Shown: positions 38,466-51,631 of the stretch, piece by piece | How the letters are laid out: each line of letters starts with the position of its first letter | How positions within the stretch are numbered: the stretch's first letter is position 1 | NCBI GenBank assembly: GCA_951406725.2 | Contig: OX597824.1 | Coordinates: 71,486,001-71,550,000, forward strand | Reading direction: 5' to 3' | Source: Octopus vulgaris | Taxonomy: Eukaryota | Length of the DNA stretch: 64,000 bases | Position numbers and translations under genes: made by a program | The notes under the pieces: model-generated | Database searches by the model: none | Seen by the model: the letters and a program-made list of their open reading frames with translations, nothing else | What the model was told of the DNA's origin: nothing

Positions 38466-40030
38466 ATGTACAGCAAGGCAGAGAAATAAGTCTGAAATCT
38501 GCCAAAGTAGAGCGAGTCCTTACTGATGAGGCAATGGAAATTGCCAAAACTAAATTAAGTATAACGAATTTTCAAACAGTGTTTTCAGACGATTATATTC
38601 CCTGTCTGTATATATATACACAGAAGTATATGCGTTGACTACAGCAGTAGAGCATTTTAGCTCTTATTTCTAGCAATGTAAGTGTTTCTAACACCTTAGT
38701 CGCATTTAGTGACAATTTTATGTGTGTGTGTGTGTCACTATCATCATACATTCACATTCTATGCTAGCATGAATTGCACAGTTCAACATGACTCAGTATA
38801 TAGGAGGACCATGTCTTGCTCAAGGCATGGTTTCTATAGCTGGATACCCTTCTATGAGAAACACTAATTATATTCATTAATATTTATACATAACACAGCC
38901 AGTATTAGAAAACTTAAGATAAAGTAGTTAAGCTATAGTTTTTTTTGTTTTTTTAAAAGATCTTTACTGTAGAACTTTAAACAGATGTAAATACATCTTG
39001 TTTTTTTGTTTACAGAAAAAACAAAGATTGCTTTGAAATGTCTCTTGTCTAGTTTGATACTATATAGAGGACAAGAGCCCTTCATCAACTTCATCTTAGT
39101 TTATATGTTGATTTCTTGTTGTCTTGGGAGTAAAGTTAAAATTAAGACTTGTCGTTTGGCCTTTTTAATTGTGCTTTAAATTCACAGAAAGACACCAATT
39201 CAGCACTGCAATCTAACAAAGTACTTGTCAATTTTATAATGTTACCAGCTGACCCCCATGCCGTCAAAAATGACGGCTAATTGTATTTTAGAGTTGAAAC
39301 GCTGTTTGATTTTTCTTTTCGGTGTTGAATGTTCAGCATCCCACTTCCATTGCACACACACACACACACACACATCTCTTTTACATACGCACACACATAT
39401 ACTCATACAGAGTTGAAATGCTCCCATTATCAGTTTGCTATCACCCCTTCCTTTCTCATTCATATGTTGTGACGGAGGAAAATACAAGAGTATTATTATA
39501 GTAGATTGTTGTTGCTGCTCACGTCTGGTCGCATCTTGTCCATCTTGTCACACCTTTTTATAGTTCAGTGGAGCAAGCTTGAGAGAAAAAGATCTATCAT
39601 AAACCACTGACTTGCCTTAATGTCAAAAACCCAGTTGACTCAATCAACTCTGGTTCTTATTTTTAATACACAAGTAATAGGATTTCCCTTTTTTTTTTTA
39701 GCCTTAATAGTTAAATGTAGTGAAGTCATGTGGCCTAGTGGTTAGAGTGTTGGGCTTGCAATTATGAGGTTGAGTGTTCAATTCCTGGATTTTGCAGTGC
39801 ATTAAGTTTCTTGAGTAAGACACCTCGTTTCAATGTTGTCCCAGTCTACTCAACTGAAAATGAGTACCAGTTGAGTGCAGGAGAGCTCTCTTTCCTTCCA
39901 GCTGTCTCATCCTGGATGTCCTGCTATGTCAAAAGTAGGAGTGCGTAGAGAATGTCTATGTGTTTGCAGCTGCATGGATGCTGAAAACAATAAGCAAAAA
40001 CATGATACTCACCTATTGTGTGTGTGTGTG

Positions 40031-40253
40031 CTCTCTTTACTCTTTTACTCTTTTACTTGTTTCAGTCATGTGACTGTGGCCATGCTGGAGCACCGCCTTT
40101 AGTCGATCAAATCGACCCCAGGACTTATTCTTTGTAAGACTAGTACTTATTCTATCGGTCTCTTTTGCCGAACCGCTAAGTTACGGGGACGTAAACACCC
40201 CAGCATCGGTTGTCAAGCGATGTTGGGGGGACAAACACAGACACACAAACACG

Positions 40254-40312
<59 letters not shown>

Positions 40313-40468
40313 CGGGCTTCTTTCAGTTTCCGTCGACCAAATCCACTCACAAGGCTTTGGTCGGCCCGAGGCTATAGTAGAAGACACTTACCCAAGGTGC
40401 CACGCAGTGGGACTGAACCCGGAACCATGTGGTTCGTAAGCAAGCTACTTACCACACAGCCACTCCTG
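40031..40468 (-). mobile_element. Young full-length family-A SINE
   Basis: CpGs retained, intact tRNA-like head (ccgggttcagtccc B-box), internal (TA)n and (AGAGTAAA)n tail. Confidence 0.9.
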
Positions 40469-41329
40469 TGTATTTTTTTTTTTAACACTGTTATATTCTG
40501 CTAACAACAGCTGTGGTTATGAATGAGTTAACATATGACAGCATAATTTTGACTGTATGAATATTTATATGTAATGGCAGAGCAAACACTACAGACCATG
40601 CAAGCAGCAACAGCAGTAGGAGTCTGAAAGACAAACTCATTGACAACAGTTACATTATTATATGTAGTACAGTAACCAGTTGTGAATGTTGTACAGTTAA
40701 TGTTTTGACAAGAGTTTGTGGTTAAATTAGTTATTAGTATTACCAAAGTACCTCTGTTTACATTCATCCTTGCTCTAAAGTTCAGATGGAAATGTAGGAG
40801 ACAGAGGGGAGTAGGAGTAGTCAGTGGTGACTCAAGACAGGCAGGCATGTTGGGTGTCTACTCTATCTAAATATAATTAACTAAGGATTTCTTTAATATC
40901 ACCAGCAGCAGCAGTATCTTTCATCAGTTTTTACATCAGTTCTTTCAGTGTTACTACTGGCTTAACTCGTCTTACAATACAGTTTTTTTCTCCATGTCTT
41001 CAGCTCTTATATCAGCATTTTGTTTTGTCGGTTTCAAAAAACCTACCCTAACGTCTTCCATCTTGAGTGTTCTTTGATCTCTTTTCTATTAATGTGTGTA
41101 TCTTTGACTACTAGGTATCCCTTTTCCGCTCAAGCTTATGCCATATTTCTCTATTTACATTATATGATCTAACTGTAGTGTAGTCATCTCTTACATAATT
41201 CTACCTTTTGACTAATGTTTTACTCACTTCCTCCGCTCACTTGTACTCAGTTTAACATTACTCATCCACCAGTTCACACTGCACTCCTTCTTCCCCTTCT
41301 CTCTCTCATTCTGTTTGTATGTGTGTATA

Positions 41330-41368
<39 letters not shown>

Positions 41369-41814
41369 ACGCACATGTTTGTATATATATATGTATGTGT
41401 GTGTGTGTGTGTGTATGTATATATAGTAGCTGATATAAATGTTGGTTGGTTGGTCGATATTCCAGTCACACTATACATCATGAAGAGAGAGGAGAAGAGA
41501 GTTAAAGTAAGAGGTGCAAGATGAGTGCACATACAAGGCTTGGTGGCAGGAGAAGGCGGAATAGAGGGAGTAAATGACAAAGTAGTCATGGGGAAAATTA
41601 CACAAATAAGAAATTTGTTTTATTAAATTTTATTTTAAGGCAATACCTTTTTGAAAATTAGCATTCATTTCATCTTTTTGTATAAGCACCAAAAAAATTT
41701 GATGAAAATTAAATTATGATTATTGTGTGTGTGTGTTGTATCTTCTGATGTTATCTATTTTGGCAAAAGTACACTTTCTAAATTACCCATTATATGCCAA
41801 GTAATGTTCTAGTG

Positions 41815-42110
41815 CAGTGGTTTTCAACTGTTTTCTTTTTTACCTATGGACCTCTTTGATTACTATTGTACTCGAAGTTTAAAAATTAATTTTATAGATA
41901 TTTCTCTCAAAATTCCTCTTTTGTTTTTCATAAAACATTAAAGAAAGAAAGCAAGCTGTTTTTTGCAATAAATACATCTAAAGTAAAAAATTTTTCACTG
42001 ATCCCTAATATACTACTGTGGATCCCCTATTTTCTAGTTTGCTTGTTGAACCTCCCTCCAATTTTATATGGACCTCCATGGATCATATGGACCCCAGTTG
42101 AGAACCACTG
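41815..42110. mobile_element. hAT (Charlie-type) MITE with 8-bp target duplication
   Basis: TIRs cagtggttttcaactg / cagttgagaaccactg. TSD ttctagtg / ttctagta. Related ends at ~55435-55661 and 950-977. Confidence 0.85.
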
Positions 42111-42333
42111 TTCTAGTATGTGTGTGTGTGTGTGTGTGTATGTGTGTGTGTGTGTGTCCGTGTATGTATGCACTCACACACACACACATATATGGTCACA
42201 ACTGCCATCACACTATGCAGTAACTTGGGGGAAGTTTCCAATCTTGTAGACCAATGCATTTGTATCAACATTTAGTTGTCATAAATTGTGTGGAAGCCCA
42301 TCATGTATTCATACTTGCATATATATATAACAG

Positions 42334-42554
42334 ATACAAAAATTTTATACTTATAAACATAATTATAATTAGGGTTTAGCAAAATTGCTACACCACATAC
42401 CGAAATTTAGAAATAGCAGTTAAATGCTATTCTACCATAAGATATCTTGGTAGTAGAATAGTATTTAACTGCTATTTCTAAATTTTGATATGTAGTGAAG
42501 CAATTTTGCTAAACCCTAATTATAATTATGTTTATAATTATAATATTTTTGTAT
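42334..42554. repeat. Long near-perfect inverted repeat (fold-back) with arms of about 100 bp
   Basis: ttataaacataattataattagggtttagcaaaattgct...aaatttagaaatagcagttaaatgctattctac pairs with gtagaatagtatttaactgctatttctaaattt...agcaattttgctaaaccctaattataattatgtttataa. Confidence 0.92.
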
Positions 42555-45500
42555 AAGTTTACCAATAATGATTCTTTTAACATACTGAACTACTTGGTAA
42601 GATTATTAATTATAAATTGATTAATTAATTTTACCCTTTATTATTATTGATAATATATATAAAAGATAGATAGATATGATAGAAAGGTATGAATTTGAAT
42701 ATATGTGTGTTTGTATTGAAAATCAGGTGCATTGAGCAAAAAGTACCTTGTGGAAGCAGTTATACCCAACAATGCAACGGCATAAAATAACATGATATAA
42801 AAACAAAATGTTTACATGTATATATGTTATGTGTTAAGTGTGTGTGTGGATTCAGGTAAATGAATGCATGTATGATATATACAGAAACAATAAGGGTTAA
42901 GTCAAAAACTATAGGCAGTTTTTTTAAAAATTCAACTGGAAATGCATTTTTACAAATTTTGAAAATACAAACAGTTTGTTTCAATAGAAAATAAAAATTT
43001 AGATTAAAAAAAAAATCTATTGTGAATACAAATTTAATTAGAACTCCCCTCCCCCACTCACCTCCAAAAACAATACAGAAATAATTTTCTTTTCTACTAA
43101 CCTTCTTTAGTTTAATAGAAATAACCTTTGTTTCTAATTAATATTCTTGTTAATTAACTTGGTGTTTTTATATTTGTTTCACTACCCCCTATTTTCTCTT
43201 CTAACAAATTAAATACTTTTTATGTTCAATAATAATAATCCATGTTTATCTTACTTATGTGGTTTTATGTCATAACAGTTTTGTTTACATTGATTCTTCT
43301 CGTCACTAGTGGGTGAATGGTTCTGCAAATTCAGGCATTTGCACGAATTGTTGGAGCAGGTGTTTACTGTTTTTGCTGTTTTAATAATTTTTGCTTTTTT
43401 ATTATAATTTTTTTTTTCTTCCTATTTTTGTTTTGTTAATTGTTTGTATATCTTTTCTAACACTAATCACAGAACTCAGATGGAAAAATATTTACAAATA
43501 ATGGGAGGGAGTGATTCTGTTATTTAACGAGGCACCGTTGAAGGTTTTTTCTTACTGGAATGCTTTCCAGCAACTATGGAAAGATTTCAGATTAACACTG
43601 CAAGTAAACAAAGCACTCATAAAAAACATATTGCTCCTTTTTCCTCACAACTGCATATAGGAGTGAGTTGCACTACCCTGTGGTACCAATTTCTTTTTAC
43701 TGTTTGGTCAATTGTCTTTGAATGTTATAGGTCTTTTGCTAAGTGTAATATAGTGCTAATGATGGAATACATATAGATAGCTTGTAATACTTAGATACAA
43801 ATAAATAACTTGTTTTCAGTTGGAAGGTTCAGCGACTTGTTACTTCAAGTTGCTGTGGCTCTAAGTAAGTTGGAATTAGTTTTTCTCCTACAATCTCATC
43901 CTCATATTCTGGAATCACTAGTTGGTGCTAGTTTAACCAATTTCTTAGTGAAAGTCAACACATGTAAGTATAAGTATGTTCTGACAGAGAAGAAAACCCT
44001 TAATTGTTATATGTATATATCATACTATAAGGTTTAAACTACAATACATATATAGCCTGAAGGAAGTTAGGAGATATTATTGTTTGAGTGTATTACACAA
44101 GCAAATTTCAGAAACCAGTTTTCAGTGGTATAGCAGTGTTGGTAATGAAATTAGGTGATCAAATGCCATATAAGTTAAGATTTTCATAATAGCAGCACTT
44201 GAGCCAGTGCCTTTGTTTTTACTTAGGTTTTACCATTTTCTCTATAAATAGTAATGGTTGATGTTGTAATTATACAAACAAAAGAAGTCATAAAATTCAT
44301 TTATACCCAAAATACATGATTATTGAAATAAATATTCTGAAAACCATATTTGGCTATACTCATCTAAGAATTCTTCAAAAAAAAAAAAAGTTCATTATAA
44401 ATGCAATTAAGCATTTTTGATTGTTGTGAATCAAAAAGCTAATCTGATTAGTTTTTTGTATTGAGACTTCTTAATAGCGAACATAACTGTCAGTCACTGA
44501 ATATGTAACTGATTTGCCTTTTGAGAGGCCATAATTTTTTTAAAGTAAATTCGTAAGAAATATTTCATAGAGTTCTTCAAGAGTAAGGCATAATATTGGT
44601 TTCAGAATGTTTATCATTTTTTCAGGGTATGTATTGCTAGCCTACTCTACTATACAACTCTTATTGTATATTTGTAACCTCAGACATACATACATATACA
44701 TATATATATATATAAAGAAATCTGTCAATGAAGATTTAATAGTAAATTGAATTTTTAATTTCGCTTGTCCATTAAATTAATTTTGAGACTTTGAAGTTAT
44801 ATTTTTTGTTGTTTTGGTTTGTATACTTTGACAAGTGTTTTCAGTTTCAGAAACTATTGATTTCATGTTTCTTTTTTTATTTTCAATTGTAGCTATTTTG
44901 TTTGTTTTGTGTGGTCTCTATTTATATATTTCAGTTCTACTTTAGAATGAGGAGCAGATAGGGGTCATTCCTTTGGTTCCCATCAATTTGACTAGTCTTA
45001 TCACAAACTGTTGCTGCATCTGACTTCAATGCCTGAGTTTTGCAAGTTATACAAACAAACAACCATTATACTTCTAATGTGTTGTTTCTCTTTGTAATCT
45101 GTCCTAATTACCACCAAGTTTGTGCAGGACACTCAAGGATCCTGACAATGAAACAACTGCTGGATTTTCAAAGTAGTGGTTTCCTATTAACATCATCTAG
45201 GTCTATTCAGAAGATTTTGAGAACAATACTGAAAACTAACAAAACACATTGTTTATAATAGCAATCTATACTTTTGGCTGCTAGTGTAGTGTCTAGCTCT
45301 GTTTCCTTGGCTTGACGGAGATTAGAAACCAAATCTTCATATATTTTTAAGGCCTGTAGAATAATAGTTTTACCAAAGAAACAACAAAATTCTTGCCCCA
45401 GGCCTCACCAATTCTGTACCATTTTACTTTTTCCATTGTGTTTAGTGCATGGTATCTGTCTTCAGCGGACTGAAATGAGCAAACAAGAATTAAAGTAATA

Positions 45501-46199
45501 TTTTAAGCTATAAACATAAGTACTGTTCCAATAATAGGATGCAAATGCTTAATACTTTGGTGATTTTGTTCGACAGTCAATTAACCTGACTATCAACAGC
45601 ACCCTTTTTTGCACAGCTTATGTATTGTAAAACAAATAATGGAAAGTTTTTCTCCTGACATTACTGGAAGGCATTGTAGTGTACTGGTTGCAACCCTAGT
45701 TTTGCAAGCAGAATCAACAACACATTTTGATACCTACTTAAAACCATTTCTGTGGGTTTAGGCCACTAAAATGCTCTTCAAACAGTATGAACAGTGCTGT
45801 GTCTCGTTACTTTTTCTCCAAAATTCTAAAATCTCAAGTATCTTGTCTGAGGATGAATGTGGATCACAAACAAATGTTCATAGGAGTCGAAATTATGAAA
45901 TTTTAAAACCATTTTAAAGCAGCATTTGAAGAGTGAATCAAGGGAAATAATTCGTAGATTATTGCTTTTCATTAGAGACGAAAGAATTTCCAAGGGAAGT
46001 AATTAAGATGTTTATAAAACAAGAAAATTTGTTTAGAATGACCCTATTGCAGAGTACCTTAGGTAAGTGTTATCTACCACAACTCTGGGTAAACTGAAGA
46101 CTTGTGAGTGAAATTGGATAGATGGAAACTGTGCAGAAGGTTATCAGGTGGATTGTGCCTATAACATCCTTAAACAGAGTTTTGGACACTTTCTTTGAT

Positions 46200-47180
46200 A
46201 GTTTCCACATCTCAATTCATTGTAAGACACAGTTTTAGAGATCTTGGTGTCTTTAATATGGATCAAATGTCCCATCAGCGCAACTGCTATTCCATCAGAA
46301 TGGACTTGACTTCAGGTATATTTTTGGTATGTTGTAGGACCTCTTGATCAATGATGTAGTCTTGTCAAGGATTGTCCCTTTTAGATTGTGGCTGATATAA
46401 CTGACAGCTCATTTTTACATGCTAGTGATACAATGTGTAGGTCTCAGTAGAATACAGCAGTCAGGATAGTACAACTGCTTGGTAGACTTTTCATTTTGAT
46501 GACAGTTTTATGCCATGTTATTTTCATGATTGATCTTCAAGCTTCATGAACGCAATTGTATTCTATGACTCACCTTTACATCCAGGCTGTTGTAAGTAAT
46601 TGTACTCTCTAAATATGCAAGCATTTTCTTTCTTAGAGGCTTATTTGCAATTGTAATGGTCAGGATTTTGTGTGCCAGAACTCCAGGTTTCGGTGGGTGC
46701 AAGATATCAGGCTTTTTCACATTTATTGATTGGGTGAAAGGTGATGCTACACATTGAAAAGAACGTATAATTTTCTGGATATCTTTTATAGAATAAGCTA
46801 CCAGAGCTAAGTCATTGGTGAAAAGAAGTTTGCAAATACACACTTCGCATCGCTTCCAATGTATATTAGTCTTGATATTGTTCAACAATCCACCATCAAC
46901 TCTTGTGCAGATATACACACCACCTCTGTGATTACTAGCTAGCTTTTTAAGCACAGTACCTGGAAATAATGCAAATAGCATTGGAGTGAATACAGAGCTT
47001 TGTTTTATTCTATGGGTAACTGGTAAAGGGTCTGAGCTGCTGTTTTCAAGAGAGAATGGCTGACATATCATTGCAACATTGCTTGACAATCTCCACAAGC
47101 TTATCTGGGCATCTATATGTTTTGAGCAGGGTTTATAAGCCCTCTCATCCCACCCTGTTGGAAGTTTTTGTAAAGTCAAT
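46200..47180 (-). mobile_element. RTE-type LINE reverse transcriptase relic
   Basis: ORF 46544-47179 contains SDPLPVTHRIKQSSVFTPMLF (the GVKQGCVLAP motif), LLFTNDLALVA (degenerate FADD) and YLES (YLGS). Catalytic residues are lost. Confidence 0.85.
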
Positions 47181-47253
47181 GAATCTAATGAAAAATGGAA
47201 TGTGTTGTTCTGAGATATATATATATGATAGATTATATGTATACTTAATAGAT

Positions 47254-47297
<44 letters not shown>

Positions 47298-48149
47298 GTC
47301 AAATCCAGTATGCACACTTACATACTTTGTTATATACTAACATACATGCATTTAGGCACACATTAGATACAGGCCTGGCTGTGTGGATGCTGTTGCCAAT
47401 TGACTTCTATCATAGCCAACAGCACTTGCACCTTGTGAATGAAGTTGATGTTGGAAACAGAAGAAATCTGTTGTGTGAGAGGGAATTCATGTTATTTTCC
47501 CTTAAATTTACATGTGTGGTGATAGGAAACAGAAAGTGTCACTGTTTATACAGACAGTGTCATTTGCTTTCAGTTCATCACAATAGCATGTCCAGCTTAT
47601 CTTACTTGGAAACAGATGATGATTGACATCAGAAAGGGCAACCAGCCATAGAATACCTTACCTCAGTGTAGTCTCATCTGACACAACCAAGCATTGAAGA
47701 GTAGATGTTAAAGCAATGATATGAATGATCACACACCCAGGTACTGCCACAGGCATAACTGTGTGGTCATGTAATTGGCTTTGCAGCATCAATCTCACTG
47801 CATAGCACCTTGTGTGTCTTTTATTATAACTTTAGGCAGCCAGTCTTGTGAGTGGATTTGTAGATGGAAACTGAAAGAAGTCCATCATGTATGTGTGTGT
47901 CTCTGTGTGTGCTCATGTCTCATGTTAATACACTACTTTTCAATGAAAATCACCATTATAGAAGCAGTGTTATTCATTTTCAGTCTTCTAAGAAATTCTT
48001 TCTGGCTATTGTTCTGTTCATGCTGGAAGGACTAGGGGAAACAGATTAGGGTTGGTGGCAATAAGGGCATCTGGCCATAGAAAATCTGCTTCCACAAATT
48101 TCCTTTGATTCATGCTTATATGGAAAAGTGGACATCAAATAAAATTGAT

Positions 48150-48330
48150 GAGATGGACAAGGACAACTGTGTAAAGAAGTGCCAATATCTGAGGAGGGAA
48201 CCTGTGCAAGGGGTAGACCCAGGAAGACATGGGACAGGGTGGTGAAGCATGATCTTCGAACATTGGGCCTTGTGGAGGCAATGGCAAGTGACTGAGACCT
48301 TTGGTGATATGCCATGCTTGAGAAGATCTT
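48150..48330 (+). mobile_element. RTE-type LINE 3' fragment
   Basis: EGTCARGRPRKTWDRVVKHDLRTLGLVEAMASD*DLW. Confidence 0.75.
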
Positions 48331-50379
48331 CTTGGAGTGGTTGGCATTACGTAGGGCATCCAGCTATAGAAACCATGCCAAATCAGATTGGAACGTGACA
48401 CAGTCCTCCAGCTTACCAGTTTCAGTTAAACCATGTCAGCATGGAAAGCAGATGTTAAATGATGATATATTATGTATATATACACACACATACAGGTGCA
48501 GACATGGTTGTATGGTAAGAAAGTTGCTTTCCAACATCATGGTTCTGGGTTCAATCTCACTGCATGGCACCTTGGGCAAGTATCTTCTACTATAGCCACT
48601 GGCCAACCAAAGCCTTCAGAATGGATTTGGTAGAAGGAAACTGAAAGACACATGTCATATATTTGTGTGTATCTATGTTTGTCCCCTACTACCATTTTAC
48701 CAGTGTTGGTGTGTTTACATCTTTGTAACTTAACGGTTTGGCAATAGAGACCGATAGAATAAGTACCAGGATTTAAAAAAAATACTGGCATTGATTCACG
48801 TAACTAAGAATTCTTCGAGGTAGCACCCCAGCATGGCCACAGTCTAATGACTGAAACAAGTAAGATAAAAGATATAATTTTGTTTGTATGTGTGCCACAC
48901 CTCATTATTTATGCAACTTCATGTACTTGCATGCATGCAGACACACACATGCATAAATTGCTTTCGTTCTCCAAAAGTGTTGGATTTCTCTGATATTTCC
49001 CCTCCCATCATCTGTTATACATAACAATAATAATAAACTGATGGCTCAACACTTGGATGTGTTATTAAAATTAGTAAAAAGATAAAGAAAAGATGGTTCA
49101 TCATTTCTGATATTATGATAATAATGCGAAAAAATTATTTGTTTTTGGAATTGTATCTCACTGAAGGGAATCGTGCCAAATGTCTATATTGATAACTACA
49201 TGCTTGTTTGGGCTGAGTAACTTCCTGTTTTTCTTAAGACAATGTCAATATTATTTTCTCTTCACCACTTTGGTGTATCAACACTTTCATGTTATCTGTG
49301 TGTGTGTGTACGTGTGTTGTGCTATGTGTTTCAAGGGTATGTGTGATGTATTTTTTTTTCTTAAAGAGTATTTGAGGGGGGAAAATGAATACTTTTTTTT
49401 AATGTTTGTGTGTGGGGTTTTTTTTTATGGTTATGGGTTTATTTCACATTGTGTGTGTATATACACATGTATATTTATTAGTGTGTTTCTGGGTCTATAT
49501 ATTTTATATTTACTATTCTTATATGATAATCAGCTTTTCTTAGAATTTCCTTACACCAACATGGGAGGTGGGATAGGGAATGGTGGCAGCAGCAGTGGTG
49601 AGGTTGGGGTGGTGGTTGTTATTGTGGTGATGGTGGTGAGGATTGTAGAATCGTAAATGAGGAATAAGTTTTCTTGTGCTTGTTTCTTTGTAATTTTCTA
49701 CTTAATCTCTATAGTGATGCAAACTCAAAATATTTCAGCTTTCAAGCTCTGCAACCAACCATAGGATAGCTTGATTTATATATACTTCTACTATCTATAT
49801 ATAGTTCCACAAATGTTGTTGGTTCTGTGTGTTGCAAGACTTGCAGATTTGTGATAAAGTAGTATTGCCTACATCAGCTGACTCTACATTCTGGTTTCAA
49901 TTGCAGTAGAAGTTATTTAACTTGCCCCTCACCCTATGTCTGAAAGTTCAGCATTCACTGGTTACACTAGATTGAGAACTAACGAGTGAGTTGGTCTGTG
50001 TCACGACTGACTTGCCTCTTAACACATCGTGCAAATACATTGCTTTTAGTGGAAACTGGAATACTATTACAGGTGCTACAAGAACATTTTTCATTCAGCG
50101 GAAACACACATTTCAATTCTACCACAAAAAATTTTCATTCATAACTTGATAACTCTCTTTTCATTCATAACTTTCTATTAACTTGTTTTCCTGTCATGTC
50201 CTTTTTTTCCTTCTCCTTTCTTTTACAACACGATTGCAGCCACTTCTTGTATGGGTCATGCAAGAGATATTATGTTTACCCTTCCCACTTCTCTCTCTCT
50301 CTCTCATCCTCCAATCATTGATTTCTTTTTTATGCACAAGACCAATTTTATAAGGAATATTTGATACAGCTGTTCCCAC

Positions 50380-50632
50380 TATAAAAAAAATAAACGCGCT
50401 CTTTTTAAAGCCTAGCCAAGCCCATGGGCCTGGTTTCCCGGTTTCTATGTGTTCCCCAGCTGGATGGGATGCCAGTCCATGGCAGCGTTACTCATTTTTG
50501 CCAGCTGAGTGGACTGGAGCAATGTGAAATGAAGTGTTTTGCTCAAGAACACAACGCGTCGCCCGGTCCAGGAATCGAAACCACAATCTTACGATCATGG
50601 AGCTGACACCCTAACCACTAAACCACGCGCTT
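50380..50632 (-). mobile_element. tRNA-type SINE, family C (gcgcgtggtttagtggttagggtgtcagc...ggtttcgattcc)
   Basis: Clear A-box and B-box on the minus strand. Related copies near 1690(+), 6180-6395(-), 23310(+), 29940(+), 39720(+) and 58250-58390(-). Confidence 0.85.
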
Positions 50633-51523
50633 CCACTACTGTCCCCACTATAGACTGAATTAATTTTTTTGTGATTGACCAACCTTTCTCTCTTGAGAAG
50701 CTTATCTGTTGATAATTTTTCCTGTAGGGAGAATTAATCTCAGCACCACAAATTGATGAATCACTCATCAAGTTTACACAGTACCCACCTTTAACTTTAA
50801 CAAAACAACTTTGAGGAGTGGCAAGTATAAATGAAAGCCAACCAGCTGTGATCAGTGCAATTACTAGCATGCGTGGGTGTGGTATTTCAGTGCAATGAGA
50901 TTTCTTCATACAATGACAGGGCATAAATCAGCAAACTTTTCATTTTCATTGGTTGCCTAGTACCTAATTGTCACAGCCATCTGCACACTTCCTATAAGAT
51001 CCTTTGTTGACCAGCATTTAAAAAAAGTTCTAAGTTAACTGAATTTGAAAATGAAATTGTGAATGAGGAATTAAAACTGTATTGTATCTAGTCCTGTCAG
51101 AGTCTCTGATTTTTGACTATCACTGCCACTATATCACCTTACACTCTTTACTCTTTTTACTTGTTTCAGTCATTTGACTGTGGCCATGCTGGAGCACCAC
51201 CTTTTAGTCGAGCAAATTGACCCCAGGACTTATTCTTTGTAAGCCTAGTACTTATTCTATCGGTCTCTTTTGCCAAACTGCTACGTTATGGTTACTTCAA
51301 ACACAAATTAACGAAAGAATCACTGTGTGATTGCTTGACTTGCTATATGTAGTAGCTAATCCTCTTCAAATCAAAAAGACACATTGAACTAAGATATCGT
51401 TGGTCAAATAGATCTGTTCAGTGAGTTGGAACTTAGACTAAATATACAACAAGCATGTATACAAACACAAAAATAAACAAAATCCATTTTCTCAACCACT
51501 CCATTGTGTGTGTTTCTCTCTCT

Positions 51524-51631
51524 AGCCCTTTTTCCTCATAAAGCCCTTTTTCCTCATAAAGCCCTTTTTCTTCATAAAGCCCTTTTCCCTCATAAAGCCC
51601 TTTTTCCTCACAAAGCCCTTTTTCCTCACAA
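51524..51631. repeat. Minisatellite, 6 x 18 bp (agccctttttcctcataa)
   Basis: Six contiguous units with single substitutions. This accounts for the EEKGLY and HKALFP pseudo-ORFs. Confidence 0.95.

Noticed and set aside
43290-43365. Exon-like GC-richer patch in a T-rich island (cactag|tgg|gtgaat...ttcag|gcatttgcacga...gcag|gtgttt)
   Set aside because: The best splice-site pairings give 25 or 50 nt (frameshifting) or a 3-nt exon with a weak donor. Not supportable without RNA data.
46058-46070. AG|GTAAGT recursive-splice-like motif
   Set aside because: Mutated family-A SINE sequence (ttgggcaagtgt), with no polypyrimidine tract.
49180-49656. 158-aa ORF
   Set aside because: TG/T-rich low-complexity sequence with no recognisable domain.
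50560-50632. tRNA-like sequence
   Set aside because: SINE head continuing into the repeat body, with no complete cloverleaf.
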